From Flavobacteriales bacterium (GTDB lineage Bacteria > Bacteroidota > Bacteroidia > Flavobacteriales > BACL11), in the NCBI GenBank assembly GCA_002705205.1, contig PAHP01000007.1:128122-192121 (forward strand): a DNA stretch of 64,000 bases, given 5' to 3'. Positions 9,527-17,123 of this stretch are shown here, piece by piece (the first letter of the stretch is position 1; every line of letters starts with the position of its first letter). The notes beneath the pieces are model-generated. The model was not told the origin of the DNA and searched no databases. It saw only the letters and a program-made list of their open reading frames with translations. A program made the translations under genes and the position numbers.

Positions 9527-10795
9527 ATGAGAAAATTAAATGTATTTTTAACGTTATTAATAGTAGCTAGTTTAAGTGCTTTAGCTCAAGATAATACAAA
9601 GTATAGCAGAAGCTCTTTGCATGTTATGATGATTGAGGACCCTGCAATGGAAAAAGGAGAGATTATTACCAATACTTTTAGATCAATGGATTTTCCAGAA
9701 AAGTATGATAATCATCTTCTAAAAGAGAGATATGCTAATATTATCGGTGAGCTTAGTGATATGACAAAAGCAGGAATTCCTGGATTTAAACTTAAAGGAA
9801 TAGAAGGTAAAATTGATGCCTATTTTAAAGAAAAGAGAATTGCCAATCAACTGGTTGGGAAATGGTTTAATAGAGATGCCAGTGGCGTTATGAATATAGA
9901 TCTCATTAAAAAAAGAGGACTATATAATGCTACAGAGGACGATGCTTCAGATGCTGCTATGTTACAAAAAGGTTTTGCTGCGTTGGAGCGCTCAGGACTT
10001 GAATTAATAGGAAATACTTTTGTAGTACTTGAATATTTTGAATTTATTGATAATGAGAAGTGGGCTAAGCCAGTTTATGAAGCTTCTAAAGCAGCGATTA
10101 ATAAGCAAGACATCCCTGATTTAGCAAAAAAATTAGCCCTTAAAGCAGCTGAAGCAGTTTATAATAAAGCTGAAGGTTATAATGTATGGACACATGCTTA
10201 TCTATATCAATTAGAATGGAATGATAGTATTCAGCAAATCTTTAAAAATAGATGCTGGATAGGCGACAATAATAAAGATAAGCTTAGTGAAGAAGAGAGA
10301 AAACAAAGAATTCAGGCATTTGAAAATCCAGACATGTTTAATTTAAAGTTTGTAGGTAAAGCAAAAGCATTTACTCTAATTTCGCAGCTTAATACCAAGC
10401 GTTCTGACAGTGAGGTAATACAAGAAGCGACAGTACGTTCTGTGAACAAGGTATATGTAAATCTTCAAAGAAAATATGATGTATTTAAAACCAAGACTCC
10501 ATTCTATGAGTTTGCAAAAAAAGGTAAAGTATGTAATGCAAAGATTGGTATGAAAGAAGGCTTGACAGGTGGTGAGAAATTTGATGTTCTTGTCCCAAAA
10601 TATAGCTCTAAAGGAGGAACGAAATATGCTAAGAAAGGAACGGTTAAAGTAGATAAAAAAGCTATTTGGGATAATAGATATTATGTAACCAGGCCTCCTG
10701 AGTTAGATGAGAAAGATGCGATACAAGCAACGAACTTTAAAGGCTGTAAGAAAGGATGGGATGAATTAATTTTACTTTTAAGACAACAAAAATAA
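9527..10795 (+). CDS. P1: exported protein of unknown function
   Basis: 422 aa. Signal peptide MRKLNVFLTLLIVASLSALA|QD. Lys-rich C-terminal segment (KIGMKEGLTGGEKFDVLVPKYSSKGGTKYAKKGTVKVDKK). No family recognised. Confidence 0.85.
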   Translation: MRKLNVFLTLLIVASLSALAQDNTKYSRSSLHVMMIEDPAMEKGEIITNTFRSMDFPEKYDNHLLKERYANIIGELSDMTKAGIPGFKLKGIEGKIDAYFKEKRIANQLVGKWFNRDASGVMNIDLIKKRGLYNATEDDASDAAMLQKGFAALERSGLELIGNTFVVLEYFEFIDNEKWAKPVYEASKAAINKQDIPDLAKKLALKAAEAVYNKAEGYNVWTHAYLYQLEWNDSIQQIFKNRCWIGDNNKDKLSEEERKQRIQAFENPDMFNLKFVGKAKAFTLISQLNTKRSDSEVIQEATVRSVNKVYVNLQRKYDVFKTKTPFYEFAKKGKVCNAKIGMKEGLTGGEKFDVLVPKYSSKGGTKYAKKGTVKVDKKAIWDNRYYVTRPPELDEKDAIQATNFKGCKKGWDELILLLRQQK

Positions 10796-10818
10796 TCTAA
10801 ATAAAAACACAAGAAATC

Positions 10819-11334
10819 ATGAAAAAAATATTTTTATTAGCATTTACAATATTATTATCTAATTTTAGTGAAGCGCAAATTTTCGCTAAGAAAAAGGCAA
10901 ATAAAGACACGAAACAATGGAGGTATGAAGTTGTTTGCGTAGATGAAGGAAAGGGAACTAATTATACTATTAAAGTATTTTCATTCTCTAAAAAACCAAA
11001 GGTTGCTATTGAACAAGCAAAAAAGAATGCAGTACATGCAATTATTTTTCAGGGTATTAACTCTGGGCCCTGTGTTAGCCAAAAACCTTTAGTTATGAAT
11101 CCAAATATTGAGCAAGAAAAGAAGGAGTTCTTTAAGTCTTTTTTTGCTACAGGAGGTAAATATATGAAGTTTGTAACAGCATCAAATAATGGACGTGTAC
11201 GACCTGAGGATGTATCTAAGGTAAGTAAGAAAGAATTTAAGATTGGAGTTATTGTGTCTGTAGATGTTGATGGATTAAGAAGAGATCTAGAAGCTGCAGG
11301 TATTTTACAGAATCTTGGAAACATGTTTAGATAA
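10819..11334 (+). CDS. P2: small exported protein, paralog of P3
   Basis: 171 aa. Signal peptide ...NFSEA|QI. Shares YE..C, AIEQAKKNA..I.F.G.N, C...PL and GV.V..DV.G.R..L with P3. Confidence 0.85.
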   Translation: MKKIFLLAFTILLSNFSEAQIFAKKKANKDTKQWRYEVVCVDEGKGTNYTIKVFSFSKKPKVAIEQAKKNAVHAIIFQGINSGPCVSQKPLVMNPNIEQEKKEFFKSFFATGGKYMKFVTASNNGRVRPEDVSKVSKKEFKIGVIVSVDVDGLRRDLEAAGILQNLGNMFR

Positions 11335-11341
11335 TATAATT

Positions 11342-11812
11342 ATGAAAAATTATTTAATACATACCTTCCTTACTTTAGCATGTTTATTTATGTGCATTTC
11401 TATTAATGCACAGAGTAAGCAAGCAAAATCAGCAAGTTTCTATCAGTATGAAACGGAGTGCTTAGAGGATAAACTTGACGGTAACTTTGTATTTATGGCT
11501 TGGGGGTCAGGAAGCTCAAAGAAGGAGGCTATAGATCAGGCTAAACGAAATGCTATTAATGATATTTTATTTAAAGGAGTTAATAAAAGCACATGTAGTG
11601 TTCGCCCTCTAATAACTGAAGTACAGGCTAGAGAAAAATATAGAGCCTATGTAGCTGAATTCTTTAGAGAAGATTATTCAAAATATATTAAGATAGAGCA
11701 ATCAACTAAGTCTAAGAAAAAATCAAGAAGCCAGACTACATATGGAGTTAAAGTTAAGATTGATGTAGAAGGAATACGATATAAATTAAAAACAGATCAA
11801 ATAATAAAATAA
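11342..11812 (+). CDS. P3: small exported protein, paralog of P2
   Basis: 156 aa from the ATG at 11342 (MKNYLIHTFLTLACLFMCISINA|QS). The ORF-track start at 11315 would overlap P2 and bury the signal peptide. Confidence 0.8.
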   Translation: MKNYLIHTFLTLACLFMCISINAQSKQAKSASFYQYETECLEDKLDGNFVFMAWGSGSSKKEAIDQAKRNAINDILFKGVNKSTCSVRPLITEVQAREKYRAYVAEFFREDYSKYIKIEQSTKSKKKSRSQTTYGVKVKIDVEGIRYKLKTDQIIK

Positions 11813-11819
11813 TAAAATC

Positions 11820-12791
11820 ATGAAAAACAAAATATTACTACTAGCTATATTTTTAGGCATTTCATATGCTGGTGTTGCTCAAATAAAACCAACTCTTATG
11901 GTAATGCCTGCAAATGCCTGGATGACAGCTAATGGTTACACGCAAGAATTTAACAATCAAGGGACAACAGATGTTATTTATCTTTATGATAAGGCATTAA
12001 GAGAAGATAGAGATCTTAAGAAGATTATCAATAAAATTAGTGGGTTATGGGCTGAGAGAGGATTTCCTTTAGAGGATCTTGAAGCTGTGCTTGCAGAAAT
12101 AAAAGAGGATGCTGCTGAAGATAATATGCGAACTATGAAGGATGGTTCTGAAATAGCTAAGAACCCTGTAGATGTATTGTTTGAGAAAGCGAGTCCAGAT
12201 ATTAAGTTTATGTTAGATTTTGATTTTGTTGATGATGGATTTGATAAAAGATGTGATTTTAATATTACTGCAATAGATGCTTATACAAATTCTCCTATAG
12301 CAGATAAGCAAGGAACAGGAAACGGAGATTTCTCTAGAACTGAAGTTGAATTAGCTAGGGAAATGGTATATGCTCATATGGATGGATTTGTTGGTCAAGT
12401 TACATCTCACTTTCAAAAGATAATAGCTTGTCAATGTAGAGAGGTACGAATTGACATTAAAAATACTGATGGTTGGGGTGAAGACTTAGAAAGCGAATTT
12501 GGTGAGGATGATGAAGAATTAAATGTTCTAATAGAAGATTGGCTTTCTGAGAATACTACAGATGGTGGTCCAAATATTAAAATGGTTAGTGAGAATAAGA
12601 TGACCTGTAAGAGAGTAATGATACCATTGTTCTATCAGAAGGTGTATAAGTCTGGAAAAGTGAAGGAGAAGAAGATGGATACAAAGAAATTTGCTCAGCA
12701 GTTGCAGAAATATTTAAAAGAGTTTGATATTACTGCTAAGGTTGTAACGAAAGGTTTAGGTCGTGCAGATATCATTTTAGGAACAAAATAA
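11820..12791 (+). CDS. P4: exported two-domain protein of unknown function
   Basis: 323 aa. Signal peptide ...SYAGVA|QI. The mature N-terminus is KPTLMVMPANAWM. Acidic middle segment. 4 Cys. Confidence 0.85.
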   Translation: MKNKILLLAIFLGISYAGVAQIKPTLMVMPANAWMTANGYTQEFNNQGTTDVIYLYDKALREDRDLKKIINKISGLWAERGFPLEDLEAVLAEIKEDAAEDNMRTMKDGSEIAKNPVDVLFEKASPDIKFMLDFDFVDDGFDKRCDFNITAIDAYTNSPIADKQGTGNGDFSRTEVELAREMVYAHMDGFVGQVTSHFQKIIACQCREVRIDIKNTDGWGEDLESEFGEDDEELNVLIEDWLSENTTDGGPNIKMVSENKMTCKRVMIPLFYQKVYKSGKVKEKKMDTKKFAQQLQKYLKEFDITAKVVTKGLGRADIILGTK

Positions 12792-12798
12792 TAAGATT

Positions 12799-13890
12799 AT
12801 GAGAAATATACTATTAACACTCATTACATTTATCTTTATAGGTGTAAATTTAGAAGCTCAAAATAATTTAGGTAAGACTGACGATGTTGGTAGAATTGCT
12901 ATCAAAACAATAATGCCAAATATTCCTGATATGCCCTCTGGAGCAGAAAGAATATTACTAACTAGAATGACTCAGATTGCAAGTAAGAATGGGCTTGCTA
13001 GTTATGGGAGTCGTTTTATAATGTATCCTAGAGTGGATATTTTAACTCAAGATGTTATTCCAAGTGCTCCTCCTAAACATGCATATACTATAAATGTTAG
13101 CTTAAGAATTGCAGACAATATGACTAGAACTATTTATTCTACAACCGACATTACATTAAAAGGGGTTGGAAATAATGAAACAAAGGCTTATATCAGTGCA
13201 TTAAAAGGGTTGTCATATAGACATAGAGATGTAAAAGGTTTTATTGAGGAGGGTAAAACAAGGATTATTGAGTTCTATAATTCTGAATGTGATTTTATTA
13301 TTAAGGAGGCAGAATCTTTAGCCGGTAAGAAGGAGTATGATCAAGCTATTTATACGTTAATAACAATACCAAGTATTTGTAAAGATTGCTATATGAAAGG
13401 TCAAGATGCTTCTGTAGAAATTTTCAAGCAAAAGATGGAGAATGAATGCATGCAGAATATTGCTGATGCAAGAGCCGCTAAGGCACAAGATAATTATGAT
13501 TTAGCAGCTAGTTATTTATCAGGAATTTTACCAGATGTAAGTTGTTATACTGATGCTCAATCCTTATTAAAGGAGATTGAGGATCACCGTTGCGCAGTTG
13601 CCTTAGGTAAAGCTAAAGGAGCTTGGGCATCACAAAATGCAAGAGAAGCAGGGCGCTGGTTAGGTGAAGTTGCAGCTGACTCTAAGTGTAATAAGGATGC
13701 AACAGCATTAGGAAATCAAATAAAAGCAAAATTGAAAGCAGATGAAGATAGAGAATGGGATTTTATTTTGAAAGTACAGCGAGATCAAGTTGCCCTAGAG
13801 AAGGAGGCTATTAAAGCTATTAGAGATGTTGGAGTTGCTTGGGGTGAGAACCAACAGCCAACAAATGTTAATTGGGTAAATATGGATTAA
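12799..13890 (+). CDS. P5: exported protein with an N-terminal alpha/beta-like domain and a Cys-rich helical (TPR-like) C-terminal half
   Basis: 363 aa. Signal peptide ...GVNLEA|QN. N-terminal domain GRIAIKTIMPNIPDMP... The C-terminal ~190 aa are Ala/Lys/Glu-rich with 7 Cys. Confidence 0.85.
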   Translation: MRNILLTLITFIFIGVNLEAQNNLGKTDDVGRIAIKTIMPNIPDMPSGAERILLTRMTQIASKNGLASYGSRFIMYPRVDILTQDVIPSAPPKHAYTINVSLRIADNMTRTIYSTTDITLKGVGNNETKAYISALKGLSYRHRDVKGFIEEGKTRIIEFYNSECDFIIKEAESLAGKKEYDQAIYTLITIPSICKDCYMKGQDASVEIFKQKMENECMQNIADARAAKAQDNYDLAASYLSGILPDVSCYTDAQSLLKEIEDHRCAVALGKAKGAWASQNAREAGRWLGEVAADSKCNKDATALGNQIKAKLKADEDREWDFILKVQRDQVALEKEAIKAIRDVGVAWGENQQPTNVNWVNMD

Positions 13891-13901
13891 TTATTAATTT
13901 A

Positions 13902-13936
13902 GGGGAAGCTGAAAACCTATTCTAAAAGAGTAAGCA
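13902..13936 (+). promoter_or_regulatory. Conserved intergenic motif, copy A (GGGGAAGCTGAAAACC ... AGAGTAAGCA)
   Basis: Lies in the 65-nt P5-P6 gap. Near-identical boxes recur at 14807-14837 in the P7-P8 gap. No TAnnTTTG box is present in either gap. Confidence 0.6.
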
Positions 13937-13955
13937 TAAATAAAAATTAAATATT

Positions 13956-14231
13956 ATGAAAAAAAGAATTTTACAAGTTTTAGCTATTAGTTTTTTAGCT
14001 TTCGGATTCACATCATGTAAAAAATGTAAAGATTGTGAAATCAAAGTTGATTTAACTAGTTCTTATGGGTTAACAGATGCAGATTGCCAGGCTACATTTG
14101 GCATGAATTGTGAAGATTATTTAACACAAGGATATGATTCGCAAGAATATTGTGGTGATGATTTAGAAGCAATTGAAGAAACAGATGCTGTTACAGGCGT
14201 TGGCTATAGTGTTTATTGGGAGTGCAAATAA
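13956..14231 (+). CDS. P6: small Cys-rich acidic lipoprotein
   Basis: 91 aa. Lipobox GFTSC (Cys21), plus six further Cys (24, 27, 44, 52, 66, 90). Confidence 0.8.
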   Translation: MKKRILQVLAISFLAFGFTSCKKCKDCEIKVDLTSSYGLTDADCQATFGMNCEDYLTQGYDSQEYCGDDLEAIEETDAVTGVGYSVYWECK

Positions 14232-14238
14232 GATAGTT

Positions 14239-14796
14239 ATGAGACTATTATTTATTATATTTATAAGTCTTCTTTCTTTCACTCTTTCAGCACAGTCATT
14301 TGGGTTAAAGACCGGTGCTGCAATGACGAATTTCTCAGGAGATGATGCTGAGGGTGTAGATTTCAGGACAGGATTTTATTTTGGATCATTTATGAAATTA
14401 GGTGAGGCAAATATAAGGTACTCTCCAGAGGTCATTTTTCATCAGAAAGGAGGGTTAGTCGATCAAACAATAGATACAATAACTGTCTCTAATGAGATTA
14501 AAACAAATTATGTTGATATTGCTTTTAATGGCAATTTTCATATTAATGATGAATTAGCCTTGGTTTTAGGACCGTATTTTGCATATGCATTTAGTGGCTC
14601 TACAGGTGATGAATCTATGGATTGGGATATATATAATAAAACAGAGTTTGGAGCAAATATAGGAGCAACTTATGAGGTAAATGATTTATTTCATGTAGAT
14701 CTAAGGTATGGGTTGGCTTTCACTGATATTATGGAGGCCAAAACTATAAAGAATAGATCTATTCAAATAGGTATAGGCTATATTTTCTCGTATTAA
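14239..14796 (+). CDS. P7: small outer-membrane beta-barrel (porin-family / OMP_b-brl_2-like)
   Basis: 185 aa from the ATG at 14239 (MRLLFIIFISLLSFTLSA|QS). Alternating hydrophobic strands, with C-terminal IGIGYIFSY. The ORF-track start at 14173 overlaps P6 out of frame. Confidence 0.8.
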   Translation: MRLLFIIFISLLSFTLSAQSFGLKTGAAMTNFSGDDAEGVDFRTGFYFGSFMKLGEANIRYSPEVIFHQKGGLVDQTIDTITVSNEIKTNYVDIAFNGNFHINDELALVLGPYFAYAFSGSTGDESMDWDIYNKTEFGANIGATYEVNDLFHVDLRYGLAFTDIMEAKTIKNRSIQIGIGYIFSY

Positions 14797-14806
14797 AAAA
14801 ATTATT

Positions 14807-14837
14807 GGGGACGCTGAAAACCATGTTAGAGTAAGCA
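14807..14837 (+). promoter_or_regulatory. Conserved intergenic motif, copy B (GGGGACGCTGAAAACC ... AGAGTAAGCA)
   Basis: Lies in the 60-nt P7-P8 gap. 15/16 and 10/10 identity to the two boxes of copy A. The spacer between the boxes is 4 nt shorter. Confidence 0.6.
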
Positions 14838-14856
14838 AAAATTAAAAATAAAAATT

Positions 14857-15456
14857 ATGAAAAAAACAATTACATTTTTATGTGCAGGATTTCTTACTTT
14901 AGGATTATCAGCACAAAATTTTGGAGTAGGCTTAGATTACATGATGTTATCTGGAACGATGATAGCAGATGCTGATGGAAATGCAGTTATGTATAAGGCA
15001 AATGATGAAGATACAGAAATGACTGAAGTAGGTTCGTCTTCAGCTGTTTTGAATTTGAGTTATGATTACTCTATTAATGATGACATGTCTGCTGTCCTTT
15101 CCGCTGGTTATGGTATGGGATTTGGTATTGTTCCATTAAAAGCAAGTTTGTCATATGGATTCTCTCCTAGTATTTCAGCAAATGTAGGTATGGGTATGTA
15201 TATGATAACTGATGCGTCGTATGTGCCAGAAGAAGGAACGTTTGGAGATGATGAATTTACAGCATCTTCTAATGAATTTGGAGGTGGTGCAGGGATTGCT
15301 TATCATATGAATAATATTGGTATTGGTCTTGGTTATGAAATGATTAAAGGAACTGATAATGCTAAATCATTAAATTCTTTTACTATTGGTCTTTCTTATA
15401 GTTTTGGAGGTGGATCTGGAGGTGATAGTGCTCCTGCTGCTCCTGCTGGAAAGTAA
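14857..15456 (+). CDS. P8: small outer-membrane beta-barrel with a Gly/Ala/Pro C-terminal tail
   Basis: 199 aa. Signal peptide ...LTLGLSA|QN. Gly/aromatic-rich alternating strands. A beta-signal-like TIGLSYSF is followed by GGGSGGDSAPAAPAGK. Confidence 0.8.
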   Translation: MKKTITFLCAGFLTLGLSAQNFGVGLDYMMLSGTMIADADGNAVMYKANDEDTEMTEVGSSSAVLNLSYDYSINDDMSAVLSAGYGMGFGIVPLKASLSYGFSPSISANVGMGMYMITDASYVPEEGTFGDDEFTASSNEFGGGAGIAYHMNNIGIGLGYEMIKGTDNAKSLNSFTIGLSYSFGGGSGGDSAPAAPAGK

Positions 15457-15476
15457 GCTATTATGGTAATTTAAAT

Positions 15477-15510
15477 AAAAAAAGCATGGAAATTTTTCCA
15501 TGCTTTTTTT
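15477..15510. terminator. Bidirectional rho-independent terminator shared by P8 (+) and fumC (-)
   Basis: Perfect 16-nt inverted repeat AAAAAAAGCATGGAAA tt TTTCCATGCTTTTTTT. The GC-containing stem is flanked by an A-tract and a T-tract, so it can terminate in both directions. Confidence 0.85.
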
Positions 15511-15529
15511 ATTTGTAGTTTATTACTTT

Positions 15530-16921
15530 TTAATTCCCACACATTTCTTTAGGTTTCACCCAAGCATCAAATTCTTCTGCAGTAAGGTAACCTAAATTAA
15601 TACTCTCTTGCTTTAAAGTTGTTCCATTTTCATGAGCAGTTTTTGCAATTTTAGCAGCTTTCTCATATCCGATCTTAGTATTAAGAGCAGTCACTAGCAT
15701 TAATGAGTTCTCTAAATTAGTTTTTAAATTTTCGTGATTTGGCTGAATCCCAACAGCACAATGTATGTTAAAAGAGATACAAGCATCTCCAAGTAATTTT
15801 GCTGATTCTAAAAAATTAGCTGCTATTACTGGTTTAAATACATTTAATTCATAATGACCTTGCATTCCTCCGATTGATATTGTAGTATCATTTCCTATAA
15901 CTTGAGCACATACCATTGTAAGTGCTTCAGCTTGTGTCGGATTGACTTTTCCTGGCATAATAGAAGAGCCAGGCTCATTTGAAGGGATTATAATCTCACC
16001 TATTCCGCTTCTTGGTCCTGAGGCAAGTAATCGTATATCATTTGCAATTTTATTCAAAGAAATAGCCAGCTGCTTTAATGCTGCATGGCTTTCTACTATC
16101 GCATCATGTGCGGCAAGAGCTTCAAACTTATTCTTAGCAGTAATAAAAGGAAGGCTTGTGAATTCCGCAATATATTTTGCTACTAATTCAGAATATCCAT
16201 CAGGGGTATTAATACCTGTTCCTACTGCTGTTCCTCCTAAAGCCAGTTCAGATAAGTGATCTAATGTGTTTTTCAATGCTTTTAATCCATGATCTAGCTG
16301 AGAAACATATCCTGAGAATTCCTGCCCTAAAGTTAGCGGGGTCGCATCCATTAGATGAGTTCTTCCAATTTTTACAACATTCATAAACTCTTCTGATTTT
16401 TTCTGAAGGGTTTCTCTTAATTGTTGTAGTCCAGGAATTGTTTTTTCAACAATCATTTTATAAGATGCTATATGCATTCCTGTAGGAAAAGTATCATTTG
16501 AGCTTTGCGATTTATTTACATCATCATTAGGATGGATTGTTTTTTCAGCATCTTCTAGCCTGCCTCCATTGATTACATGAGCCCTATTAGCAATCACTTC
16601 ATTGATATTCATATTACTCTGAGTTCCACTTCCTGTTTGCCAAATCACTAAAGGGAACTGGTCGTCATGCTTCTTATCTAAAATCTCGTCACAAACCTTT
16701 GAGATTAAATCTCTTTTCTCAGAAGATAAGACGCCTAATTTACAGTTAGTATGTGCAGCAGCTTTTTTTAGATATGCAAAGCCATAAATAATTTCTTTTG
16801 GCATACTAGCTTCGCGTCCAATTTTAAAGTTATTTCTACTTCTTTCGGTTTGTGCTCCCCAGTATTTATCTTCAGGGACTTTAACTTCTCCCATTGTATC
16901 TTTCTCGATTCTGTAATTCAT
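15530..16921 (-). CDS. fumC: Class II fumarate hydratase
   Basis: 463 aa. Signature [16 protein letters not shown]. The N-terminal [20 protein letters not shown] is typical of FumC. Confidence 0.95.
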   Translation of the reverse strand: MNYRIEKDTMGEVKVPEDKYWGAQTERSRNNFKIGREASMPKEIIYGFAYLKKAAAHTNCKLGVLSSEKRDLISKVCDEILDKKHDDQFPLVIWQTGSGTQSNMNINEVIANRAHVINGGRLEDAEKTIHPNDDVNKSQSSNDTFPTGMHIASYKMIVEKTIPGLQQLRETLQKKSEEFMNVVKIGRTHLMDATPLTLGQEFSGYVSQLDHGLKALKNTLDHLSELALGGTAVGTGINTPDGYSELVAKYIAEFTSLPFITAKNKFEALAAHDAIVESHAALKQLAISLNKIANDIRLLASGPRSGIGEIIIPSNEPGSSIMPGKVNPTQAEALTMVCAQVIGNDTTISIGGMQGHYELNVFKPVIAANFLESAKLLGDACISFNIHCAVGIQPNHENLKTNLENSLMLVTALNTKIGYEKAAKIAKTAHENGTTLKQESINLGYLTAEEFDAWVKPKEMCGN

Positions 16922-16973
16922 GGCTAAAATATTTTGATATCTTTATTTCTTATCGTTCCTTTGTGAAAAATAT

Positions 16974-17123
16974 ATGATTATGAAATTTTTAGGTTTTTTA
17001 ATATTTGTTTTTGTTTTTTTAATGGCTTTCTGGTGCCTTATTTTTTTAGCTTCGGTTATTCCTTATTTTATTTTTGTTTGGCTTAAAGAGGGAAAGTTAG
17101 ACGAAGATCAGATCCCTAGTTAA
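16974..17123 (+). CDS. Possible 49-aa hydrophobic small membrane protein (not in the ORF track)
   Basis: MIMKFLGFLIFVFVFLMAFWCLIFLASVIPYFIFVWLKEGKLDEDQIPS*. Two predicted TM stretches and a charged tail. Sits in a 194-nt gap and overlaps the 3' end of the convergent arsC-family gene by 8 nt. Confidence 0.3.
   Translation: MIMKFLGFLIFVFVFLMAFWCLIFLASVIPYFIFVWLKEGKLDEDQIPS

Noticed and set aside
11049-11324. 91-aa minus-strand ORF within P2
   Set aside because: It is antisense to P2, which has a signal peptide, a paralog and operon context. The antisense ORF has no independent support.
13902-13936. Reading the conserved intergenic motif as a two-box ECF-sigma promoter (GAAAAC as -35, TAAGCA as -10)
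   Set aside because: The spacing between the two boxes differs by 4 nt between the copies (14 versus 10 nt). That is incompatible with a rigid -35/-10 arrangement. A single-box site or an RNA-level role remains possible.
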